Shown here: piece by piece, positions 40,211-50,696 of the stretch
Numbering within the stretch: the first letter of the stretch is position 1
Layout of the letters: each line of letters begins with the position of its first letter
Notes under the pieces: model-generated
What the model was told of the DNA's origin: nothing
The model's database searches: none
Seen by the model: only the letters and a program-made list of their open reading frames with translations
Position numbers and translations under genes: made by a program
Assembly (NCBI GenBank): GCA_965112155.1
Contig: OZ218100.1
From: Podarcis liolepis
Lineage: Eukaryota
DNA length: 64,000 nt
Strand: one strand, 5' to 3'

Positions 40211-40827
40211 AGGTCAAACGGCACGCATCATTGTCCACCTGTTCAATAAACTCAATAAGTCTGTTGGGGGGAAGGAGACTACATCACTTGACCCATTTGT
40301 TTTCTTGACCTGTTTGCATTTGTTTTCCGTTTCCACTGACTAGAATCTGCTGGGCATTCATTGATAAACAGATTTGCTGTATGGAGTGTCCAAAATCATA
40401 AAAGTTATTAATTTAAGGCATGCCTCTTCCATGCACTCCATCCTGTCTTCTTCATCCAAATATGCTTTTGCAATGTATTTGGAGGAATACTAACAATAAC
40501 TAAAGCACCTGGTGTAAGAGGCAGTCATTCAGTCTGCCCTAAACATACTGAAATTATAAACATCTATCATACAAACACTACATTTCCATTCCTGTTGGCA
40601 AGATCTTTCCAGAGCAAATACACTGCAGTGCTACATTTAGATTAGGGCTACTTCTTGAGAATTGTTTGTGTCTGTTTCATATTGACATTTGTAATCTGTA
40701 TTTTGAATGGGTAAACTGCTCCTTTTACACTATAATCCATTTCCAAAACAAGGTATGTTCAGCACAGCAAATCTTTACAGTTGACAAGGCGGGACATTAT
40801 CTCTGCATTTTCTGCCACATAATAAAG

Positions 40828-40965
40828 CAGGGGTGGGGAATTTGTGATTTTTCAAATGTTGATCAACAACAACTCCCATAAGCCCCAGCCATCATGGCCA
40901 GTAGTCAGGGAAGATGGGGACTGTAGTTTAGCAATATCTGGAGGTTCATAATTTCCCCATCCATG
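40828..40965. mobile_element. hAT-type MITE inside putative FMN2 3' UTR
   Basis: CAGGGGTGGGGAA ... TTCCCCATCCATG; same family as 1555, 44237, 55086. Confidence 0.65.
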
Positions 40966-42118
40966 TACAAAAGATGGAAACAAAGGAAGGCTCCTCAAGG
41001 CTGCAGCACAGCGTAGGAATCATTTGAAGGATACTAAACAGCCTTTGGTTTGCTATGAACATTTAAAGAAAAAAAAAGTTTACAGAGTAACAAGAAACTT
41101 GTAGTAGACTTCCTACCAATCTATTGAATCTTGCAGAGTAAAGTACTAAATACTTCCCTTTTACTATCCTTCCAGATGATCAAGGGTGATATTGTGAACC
41201 TCAGTTTTCTGGTGACAAAGCAAGGACTATTGATTAATTCAGCTTTACATTTTATTGAGTGCCCATACCGTAAACTACATAAATAGTTGCAGTTGTTTTG
41301 TGCCACCTCAATCTCGGCCAATAAAGACAACCGAATGATTGGTCATATCTAGATTAGACTGCCTCCTCTGCACAATGTAGCATAGATCTACATTCAAAAG
41401 TTATTGAAAACAGCCAAATTTAAGGGGGGCGGGATAAAGTGCATAGATCCCAAAGCCATTTAGCATAGAAGGTGCTGGGGTGGTTTTAAGTTCTAACCTG
41501 CTGAAATTACTTTCTCTCTCTTTCCATGTAGCCCAGTACATGATACCTGGTTGTCCAGATGTTAGTCTCTGGTTCCAGGCATTGAAAAGGCTACATAAAT
41601 TATGACCTCAGGAATTGACTTTTTAAAATGCCAAGCACTAAAAATATATTTTTCATTCATTGGGGAAATTGTTTCCTGTTATTTGATTACTGATCAGCCT
41701 GAATTTTTTCCGTCTTTCAGGTTAGTTCCTGATAGTTCCTTTATTTGTTTCCCCAGTGTCAGGAATAAAGTTATTTCTTGGGAAATAGAAAAGAGAAGAT
41801 TGTTGTTACAAAGAGACCTATGAAGAGCAAATAAAGAAGTTACAGATATTTTAATAGCACTGATGAAAAACCCATGTTTGTATTTATGTAAGCTATAGTC
41901 TCTTGCTGTTTTAACTTCTGTGTTTTCTTTCATTTAAGTGCATTTAAAAACATTGTAGCATGTTTAAGTTTTGTAGCCATCCTCTTCCCTTCAGTATCTC
42001 CAATATGTTTATTGCCATACTAAATTAAATAATACTACACTTAACAAAGATCGCTATGTGCAATACTGTATTTAGTGTTTCTATTCCAATTTTTTTTAGA
42101 ATGTTTATTTATATGAAA

Positions 42119-42124
42119 AATAAA
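42119..42124 (+). terminator. Likely distal FMN2 polyadenylation signal
   Basis: AATAAA with U-rich upstream sequence and GU-rich downstream element (GTTGTTTTGTGT ~42143-42154). Confidence 0.55.
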
Positions 42125-42292
42125 ACAAATAATGAAATTGAAGTTGTTTTGTGTATACAGTACTTTGGACTCTTATTGCACTGGGATTTTGAATTGCTGT
42201 TGGTACCTGCAAGAATTCTGAACTGTTAATGGATAGAAATATTTAAAAGCCACTGCTCTGAAAAACTTGCAGTCCAAAATATAGGCTAAAAT

Positions 42293-42360
42293 GTAAAGAT
42301 AAAGGACCCTTGAACGGTTAAGTCCAGTTGAATTTGACTATGGCGTGTGGTGTTCATCTC
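42293..42360 (-). mobile_element. Sauria-SINE-like 3' tail fragment
   Basis: GTAAAGATAAAGGACCCTTGAACGGTTAAGTCCAG resembles the antisense tail at 35704. Confidence 0.5.
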
Positions 42361-42392
42361 CCAAGGGCCAAGACTAAGGAAGAAGCAAGCAA

Positions 42393-42640
42393 AAGAGTTT
42401 GAAGAGTTTGGATTTGATATCCCACTTTATCACTACCCGAAGGAGTCTCAAAGCGGCTAATAGTCTCTTTTCCCTTCCTCCCCCACAACAAACACTCTGT
42501 GAGGTGAGTGGGGCTGAGAGACTTCACAGAAATGTGACTAGCCCAAGGTCACCCAGCAGCTGCATGTGGAGGAGCGGAGACGCGAACCCGGTTCACCAGA
42601 TTACAAGTGTACCGCTCTTAACCACTACACCACACTGGCT
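42393..42640 (-). mobile_element. tRNA-derived Squam3-like SINE
   Basis: On - strand: AGCCAGTGTGGTGTAGTGGTTAAGAGC (A box) ... CCGGGTTCGCG (B box), GGGTGACCTTGGGCTAGTCAC core, short tandem-repeat tail. Confidence 0.82.
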
Positions 42641-44236
42641 GTGTGCGCACGCACGTGCACTCGCGCCCAGCTCCTATCCATGTTTCAAACTGGTATTATT
42701 ATTTACCCATCCTTCACCCTAAGGTCCCATAAAGAGTGGCAACATGAACCAACAATATTAAAAACAGTTTAAAACAAGTTATGACTTGTTAGAAACTGTT
42801 GCAAAAAGGACAGCATGTATGTCCTTTCCCGACTATATTCCTATTTGTGCCCAACATAAAACATTTTGTGTTACTGCATTTGCTATCTGCTTTACTATGC
42901 AGCATCACAAATGGTTAGCATAAAAAATCCTAAGATATCCAAATGTGGTACCCCACTTGCACAACTGACTTCTGCTGCCACAAATGTCTGCCACCACTCA
43001 GCGCCCCCTCCAGATCTGTTAGAAGTGTTCAGGGGACCTTCCAGAACATGTGGGGTTGAGGCTGCAGGAGGAGGGAAGGAATGGATCTCGTTCACTGACA
43101 TGGCATTGGATGTTTCATTTAATTCAGATTTGGGCACTCACAGAAAAAGGTTATGTACCTGATGTACAATTCTGGTCTTTTAAAAAATGGAATATTGTTT
43201 CAGAAACAATATTCCAACCCCAGTTGATGGGCACATCCTGGATGCTTGACTGCAATAGTTCAGGGCAGCTAAGATGAATAGAGAACCCTGAACAAGTTAG
43301 CGCTGCTTTTGTCTTCCACAAGGTTTGCATGCAAATACCTACAGTCTCCTCCCTCCTGGGCCAGCTTATATCATACTGTACCCAATTTGTATAGAGCTAA
43401 ACATAACACCGCAGTGCAGAACATTAAAGTCAGCAGCTTTTTTAAAGCTTTATTTCCCTTTAGCAGCTCTAACTGATTTGTGTGACACTGTTGGCTCATT
43501 TAGTAATTTCCCATTCACTCTAAAAAAGAAAAAAAGTGTTATCCGATACCACTCTCATCTGCCCTCCCTTTGAAAGAATGCTGTCCATTTATTGGTTGTA
43601 ATGGGCTCTTTCAAAGCAAACTATTCTATTCTCCATGCCTTGTTTTCCCCCCACCCAGACACAGCAATTTTGTGGAGACAGGCAGAGAAGTCCTTAGCAA
43701 AGAGTGGAATAATTAGAGGAGGTCTTATTGTTGCTAACTCCATTATAACTGATTTGCAATTCTAATTGAGCAGCCAGTGCAAGTTGCAAGCAGAATTCAG
43801 GAGCCGAATTGTACCCTTCTGCTTGCAGCCAGCACTGGCTGCCCAATTAAAATTGCAAATCCGTTAGGTTGAACTGGAAACTCAAAATCAAATGTATTGG
43901 AAGGAACTTCCCATGTGATGGGTGACAAGGAAATACTGGTGGGAAAAGGGGGAAGGAACTCTACTCAAAGGGGAATTTGTTCTCATGAAATATTTTTATG
44001 TGTTGGACGTATTTTTGAACAATATGACAACCTGTATTTGACTGATTAGTATATTTACCACCAGATGGCAGGCTAATGTCTGAAAAGCACAAGACACTTG
44101 TTTATGAATTAAGCATTCATTCCCTCACAGACTCCCAGTCTGGTTTATGTCAACTACCGAAAAGCATTTCTGATCCTTGATTCAGTAGTTCTTTCTATTA
44201 AAATTCTCTGCTCCAAGTGTTTTGAGTATAAACTGA

Positions 44237-44362
44237 AAGGATGGGGAAACCAAAGGCGCATGTGGCCCTCCAGGGGGTGTTGGACTCCATCTCCCATCAG
44301 CCCCAGCCAACATGGCCTATGGTCAGGTGTTATTGGAACATTTGGATATCCACAGGTTACCT
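44237..44362. mobile_element. hAT-type MITE
   Basis: TGTGGCCCTCCAG..TGTTGGACTCCATCTCCCATCAGCCCCAGCC family signature. Confidence 0.55.
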
Positions 44363-45958
44363 GATCAAAAAGAAGAGTTTGAATTTGAGCAGCTTGTAAA
44401 GACTTCTTCTGGGTGTATTACTTTGACATCCCTTCTCTGCAAAACATTTTTGACAGGATAGTCCTGGTAAAATCATTGTGTCTGATAGAAGCAAGATATG
44501 TCAGTTACAAAATAATTATATCTCACACTCTCCCTACCTTAATATTTTCCTTATATGCTCATAATCATAGTCAGTTTGTTTATATACCACATTTTCCACA
44601 GACTTGTACTCAAGTTTGGGGAGAAATGTTTCACTTTTTGGTATTTTTGTCTGCAGTTCTTGGTTTGAATCCTCAAAGCACGCTGAACCACTTCCAAGGT
44701 CCTCACTTCAAGTTCAGGACCCTTTAGAGAGCGCCTTATTTGGTGCGGATGAGTCCCAAACCTGTTGAAGTGGCCCATTTCAGCTCAGGATTCACCCAAT
44801 TCCAATGTACACCTCTGTGTTCTACTACACAAGAGTTGAAAGTCTCTCTCTCTCTCTTAACTGGAATACCTAAGGATGTGACTTTTTCTTAAGAACATAA
44901 ATTGCCTTGTTGAATTAGAGCAACACATGTTGTTTGAGCTCATTGGAGTTGCCATTCAGAACATATGGAGGGAAAGATGGATTAACTATTTTTATTTAAC
45001 CTAATTTGTAAAATATAAAGACCTCTAGGCACTTTTAAGACTAATGTCTATGTATTCTGCCATCCTGTTTCCAATAACAGGCAGATACTGAGCCTGGACA
45101 TTCATAAGCAGGATACCAAAATGGTCTCTCCACCCCACCCCACCACCTCCCAAAAAAATTCTCCCGGCATCTGGCATTCAGAGGAATCTCTCATTTTTAT
45201 TTTTATTTTATGCCCCTACCTTTTTACCATAGCAGCTTAGCAGTCAAGGCATCTTACATGAAAACAGGATTAAGATGGTGGTATCACAAAGCAAGGGGTG
45301 TGTATTAGCCCTTCTTCTCCCTTCCACAATATGTGGACATTAGGGCAGGAGGTATTATACTAAGGAACAGCAATTCAATATCTGTCTGCAGCATATTGTG
45401 TCAAGAGAGAAAAATAAAGCATTATTGTAGAGTTCACAAGATCATGTGCAGTAGAGCTCAAGCCATGAGCTCCCATAACTAATTTCTCTCCCTAGACCCG
45501 TGAACTTTCCTTAGTTATATTTGTGCAAGACTACCTCTGTGTGGATGTTCAAGTGTGGTTTATGAAAGACGCTGCTCAGTTCCAGATATAACCGGGATCT
45601 GATTGCAGTTCTGTGCTTTTACTCATTCCACCAAGCAGAATTCTTCTTTTTCAGTACAGTGGAATTCTTCCATTACAGATTTTCGTTAAACCTCACCAAG
45701 TTCCGTTTTAGAAAACATCAGCGCAGTCCTATGCATGTTTGTTTGGAAGTAAGTTCTTCTGAGGTCAGTAGGATTTACTCCCAGGTAGAGGTGCACAACC
45801 TAAATATTCTAGGAGTGGGCACCACAGATGCATCATTCTACAGGGGTTTAACATCAATTGGCTTTGTCTCTTGTTCATGCACAGATGCTGTTTTGAACTT
45901 GAAGCCCCTTATGCCAGGAGTAAAAATAAACAAATAGAAATTTGCGGTACAAAGACTA

Positions 45959-46208
45959 CAGTCGTATCTTGGAAGTCAAAGGGAATCCATTCCAGCAGTC
46001 GGTTCAACTTCCAAAATGTTCAGATACCAAAGTGCAGCTTCTGATTGGCTGCAGGAAGCCCCTGCAGCCAATCAGATGCTGTAGAAGCCCCATTGGATGT
46101 TTGGGTTCCATTGAATGTTTGCAAACCAGAACACTCACTTCTGGGTTTGCGGCATTCGGGAGCCAAAATGTCTGAATACCAAGGTGTTCAGGATCCAAGG
46201 TATGACTG
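45959..46208. mobile_element. Tc1/mariner-type MITE
   Basis: TA|CAGTCGTATCTTGGA ... TCCAAGGTATGACTG|TA; internal palindrome TCTGATTGGCTGCAGG..CCTGCAGCCAATCAGA. Confidence 0.82.
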
Positions 46209-47190
46209 TATATAGTTGGGTGGGTGGAGAGAGGAGAGGAAAGCAGCGTATGCTTATGATTCCTCCTTCCTAGGTGAACAGGATTCATATGAATGTGAAC
46301 TATTCTTCATATGTTACCATTAATATATGAACACCTTTTATTATTCACAAAAATCCTATCTGGACATTCTGTAGGAACACAGAAGGTAACTTAGACAGGT
46401 TCCTCCAGCTTGATATTGTAAATCCTGAGTGGTGCTCCAGGGTTTTAGAAAAGAGAAATTCTGAAGTTGGAGAAACTGGGACCTTTGTATGCAAAACAGT
46501 GCTCTACCACTGTGCTACATGGTAAAGGAGGAAATGTAGCCACACACACACATGTCAAAAGGAAGACGGCCTTCACACAGACAAGGCTCAAAGCTACCTA
46601 GTGCCAATATTACTGAGTTCCAGATGATGTGGAAGCCTAGATACGTGAGTGCTCTCTAAATGTTTGCATTGTATGCATGGACACTGGAGGTAGGAATACT
46701 TGGCCTGGCCCCACTTCCCACTCACATGCTCTCCTTAACCCTGTGTGCAATGCTCAAACATGGCTGAAGCTTGCAGCGAATCCTAGAGTGCTCTCTCCAC
46801 AATACTGTCAATGTGTGTTGAGAAGTAAACCGGCTATTTTTAATCCATGCCAACTAAGTGTGGTATTAGGCTGGTTGGTTTGAAAATAATTAATTCAGAG
46901 AAAATTCCCAATATTTAAAAATATGAATGTCAGACACATGCACATTTAGCCATGCCTCTGGTCATTCAATGAACATCCTCATAACAACCCTGAGGGAGAA
47001 ATTAGGCTGAGAGACAGTGATTGGTGGTGATTTTCTCATTCTCTCAGGTCCTCGCCCAATTAATTCCAGTGCAATTCTGGTTTATTTTAACATGATAAAT
47101 AGTGTTATGAGTTTGCCACACACCCCTAATTCCTGGATTTATCAAATGTTAAAATTTTATCAAAGCTAATTAAGCCAGGCTAACTTCCTG

Positions 47191-47604
47191 TGTTGAGGTG
47201 ATTGCCTGGGTGATGGACCATTAAAAGACCAAATGATCAAGGGGGCTTTGTGAGAGAGCAAGAAAAGGGTGGAGCCCCCTCAATCAGCAGATAAAGACAA
47301 GGTTTAGAGTAAAGAGAGGAAAGGAAGGAGTTATGTGTGCTAGAAGCTAGATGCAAAAAGGCAGCAGGCTGAAAAGGCAGAGAGGGAAAAGGCTGATTTC
47401 TGCTTGAATCCAAAGCTGTGGCTATGGAAGAAACAGGACCCTTTTGGGCTGCTGATGCTGCAAATCCCTCCATCACAGGTTCAGGTTGCATATATGTGCA
47501 AATAAACCATATAGCATAAAGACATCAACGTCTCCACTGTGCTGGGCAAATGCCTGGAACCCCTGGAATCTTGCCCCACTTGGAAACTGGGGTGGTCTAC
47601 AACA
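47191..47604 (+). mobile_element. Possible solo LTR
   Basis: TGTTG...CAACA ends, ~410 bp, purine-rich U3-like part, AATAAA at 47501-47506; no clear TSD. Confidence 0.45.
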
Positions 47605-47699
47605 ATATTTAAATTAAGTAGACGAGGGAAACTCCCCAACGAAGGTAGCGCTTGAACCCTGTAGAATACGAAATGATGCAAGGATAGTATGAATTCCAT

Positions 47700-49690
47700 A
47701 TATTCCTAGAGTATCTTTATTTGTTCTATAATTTAACAATAATACACCTATAAAATAATTACATTATAGTTATAACATTTCTTCCATTTTGTTTTCATTT
47801 ATAAAACAAAAATTTAAATAGTATGAACCATTACAAGGTCAACTCAACTCTTTCATTTAAGCATAAACTAACCAAAGGGCACATGCCCCCTCCTGCAGCA
47901 TATATCTCTTTTTTATCACAAATTGGTAAGGAGCCCATCCCCCCACAGGATGCTTTCTTTTCACATTTTTCCTCATGTGGTTACTGAACAGTTACTGTTT
48001 TCCAGCCCGAGGAAACCGATATTAGGTTTCATTTCTTCAAGAAGCAGCCATCCTAACCCATAAAAGTGTGTGCATTATGCTACAGGCACTCTAATCTTCC
48101 TCTCCCTTCCACTTTGTCCAAAATGTGCTTTGGTAAACCTTAGAGTAAGTAGTGGAATAATGTTCGACAACGGCAATCTCCAAAGCAAGCCTCAGCCTTC
48201 TCTGCTGTGCATTCCCAACTGCAGATCTGCCATTGTGTAACACCAAGGGAGGAAAAAAAAATTATATAGGGCCAGCATACCTGCCCAATCCCTCCTACCC
48301 GTGCCAATCCCCATAAACCGATTGGTGAGCACTAACAGAGATCAGTCCCCCAAAGCCTCTTAAAACAGCCGGTCTCACATAATAGAGAACTGTGCCACTG
48401 AACCCTTGAGTTGGCACCAAACCCACAGCTCGAAGCAAACAATTTTGTTAACCCCTTTAGTGGTCATATCCGAGGGAGCGTAGGAAAATAGTCCTCAAAC
48501 CACTGGACTCCTTCAGCTGCAACTGCCGTGAATGCAAAGTTCCAAGATACGCAATAGGTCACGGCTTTTGGTGTTGCCCAACCAATTTAGGAATCTCAAC
48601 GGCCACATTTGGAACATACTAAAACCTAGCATGAGACACTGAATGAAATCAGGATGACTGGGTCACTTCACACAATACATTTTCCCTACATAGATACAAT
48701 TCTGCTCATTGGAAATAACGATTGGTTTAAATTACTCTTTGTGTTCATCTCAGTAACAAAGAAATGCAGGATTTTGCTTTTCTGCTACTGTGTTTCAATA
48801 GGTTAAACACAATGTTGTTTTCTTCCCCAAAAGTAGTGATTCAACACAGGTTAGGGTAAGGGAATTGAGGGAAGGAAAAAATTAAATTAATGCAAAATCT
48901 ACTGAGAAAATAAACACTAGCAAAACTCTGTAATTTTCAGGGAATAATCTGGCCCAACACATTAAGGTGTTTTGTTTTAGCCCTTCAAATACTTTGTCAT
49001 CTCCCAAAATATATGTGGTTATGTCTATATTAACAAGTTAACAACAATTTGCTATAGCTGCATTACAAGTGAAACATTGCTGTAGAAACGTGAGGCAATC
49101 TAGCTGAAAATATGCATAAATCCATTTTCGGTCTCTTTCTCTGTCGGAAAGTGGCAGGTTGATTATCTCCATGGAAGATAAGGCCCATGTGCCTTATCAG
49201 TCAGACCAGACAGAACATAGTTGTCCATAACTGTTCTTTACTATATGTATCCATGTCAGCATTACAGCCCAAGAAAAACAGCATTAGGCAGTCAAAATTG
49301 AAGTGAAAAGTCCCCAAAATGAGAGGGAGAAGCTATGAAGAATTCACCGGACCTCTCTCTTCATCCAAAAGGATGGATGGAGTGAAGGCCAAAAGGTTTC
49401 CCACACAGTGGAAGTGTTAATTTTGGATTTAAACCCCTGGCCACCCAAACGTTCATTTCCACATTTGATGCTGACTTCACCTTGAGTGACACAGACCCAG
49501 TGGCAAAACATCTGCTTTGGTAAATAGATTATGAACTCTCTGAACAGACCAGCCAAAGCAGCCTTTACTTCCAGGTGGCCAATGGCGCTGCTCCAGAAAT
49601 GACTCGACCAGGAGGAGGAAAAACAACCATCTCATTTGTCTGTGAAGGAAGAGAGGCCATGGCGACTCTGGCAGGGGCAGCTGCAAGCCC
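47700..49690 (-). other. GREM2: Putative GREM2 3' UTR
   Basis: Repeat-poor sequence downstream of the stop, ending in a very AT-rich block containing AATAAA on the - strand. Confidence 0.55.
47716..47721 (-). terminator. Candidate GREM2 polyadenylation signal
   Basis: TTTATT on + (AATAAA on -) at the end of an AU-rich tract. Confidence 0.5.
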
Positions 49691-50203
49691 TCACTTTCGC
49701 TGCTTGCCTGCGCTGCTCAGGTTCACAGACATGCACCGACATTGCTTGACTTTCTGGATTTTCTTAAGTCGGAAAGGTGGGTCTAGTTCAGGGCATTCTA
49801 GCTCCACTGTGAAGGAGGTCACCTTCTGGGGCTTGCAGAAAGCGCAGGACTGAAATGACTCCTCCTCTTTTTTCACGTGGCGAGGGATATAGAAGGAGTT
49901 GCACTGCCCGTAGCAGAAGCGGTTGATGATGGTGCGGCTGAGGCAGCCCTCCTCGCTGACTGTCTGCCTCAGGGCCTGCGTTTTGCACCAGTCACTTTTC
50001 AGGTACTTCCTCTCTGTGACCACCAGGGCCTCCTGGCTGGAGGCCAGCACTTCTTTGTGCAGATGCTGCCGCCGCTCCGAGTTGTTGCTTCTGCTATCTT
50101 TGTACGGGGAGGGGATGGCTCCTGCAGGGCGATTCTTCCTGGTTTCCGACACTTGAACCAGAGTAGACACAAGAAACAAGGAGAAAGCTAGTTTCCAAAT
50201 CAT
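49691..50203 (-). CDS. GREM2: Gremlin-2 (PRDC), secreted DAN-family BMP antagonist, 170 aa, single coding exon
   Basis: MIWKLAFSLFLV signal peptide, RKNRPAGAIPSP, EVLASSQEALVVTERKYLKSDWC, cystine knot CYGQC...CAFC...CRC; splice acceptor ttgcag|G immediately before ATG (exon starts 50204). Confidence 0.98.
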   Translation of the reverse strand: MIWKLAFSLFLVSTLVQVSETRKNRPAGAIPSPYKDSRSNNSERRQHLHKEVLASSQEALVVTERKYLKSDWCKTQALRQTVSEEGCLSRTIINRFCYGQCNSFYIPRHVKKEEESFQSCAFCKPQKVTSFTVELECPELDPPFRLKKIQKVKQCRCMSVNLSSAGKQRK

Positions 50204-50440
50204 CCTGCAATAAAACAAGACAATCAGGATAGAAGATGCAAATCCAAAAAATAAATAAATAGACAGTGTCTTTTAAAATGCATAGGAATGAGATTGTCAT
50301 CCATAAAGTAAAAAAAGGAAAAGGAAAGGCATGCCAAGATTTGCTTATAAACCACCAGAGCACTTATTCTAAGTGGCCCTAATAGATAGAAGAACAAACA
50401 CGTACAGCCATAGAAGAAACACAATGTTCCCCACTGTTTG

Positions 50441-50696
50441 CATACCCTCCAATATTTCCATCCCCAAAATCAGGATGTCAGGAGGGGCACACATTCTGGT
50501 CTGGCACTCTGGCAATTGGCAGCAGGATCATGCCACAGCACCTTCTGGTCCAGCGCTGGTGGACCAGACTCTGGTGGTCTGACCTGTGCCAGACCACCAG
50601 GCCCAAAAATGGGACATTCTTTGATCCAAAGAGAAGCCAGGATTGGCTTCTGTGATCTGGGATGTCCCACTTAAAACAAGACACTTGGCAAGCATG
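50441..50696. mobile_element. DNA-transposon MITE with internal hairpins
   Basis: CATACCCTCCAA ... TTGGCAAGCATG imperfect TIRs; hairpins TCTGGTCCA..TGGACCAGA and CTGGTGGTCTG..CAGACCACCAG. Confidence 0.55.

Larger units (their letters stand above)
40211..42145 (+). other. FMN2: Putative FMN2 3' UTR
   Basis: Follows the stop codon; AU-rich distal part with several ATTTA; ends near AATAAA 42119-42124. The end point is inferred. Confidence 0.55.

Noticed and set aside
49575-50191. Several + strand ORFs antisense to GREM2
   Set aside because: Expected shadow ORFs of a GC-rich coding exon
50204-50218. N-terminal MFYCR extension in the supplied 175-aa GREM2 ORF
   Set aside because: It starts at a non-ATG codon in intron sequence; the splice acceptor lies at 50205 and the ATG at 50203 gives the expected signal peptide
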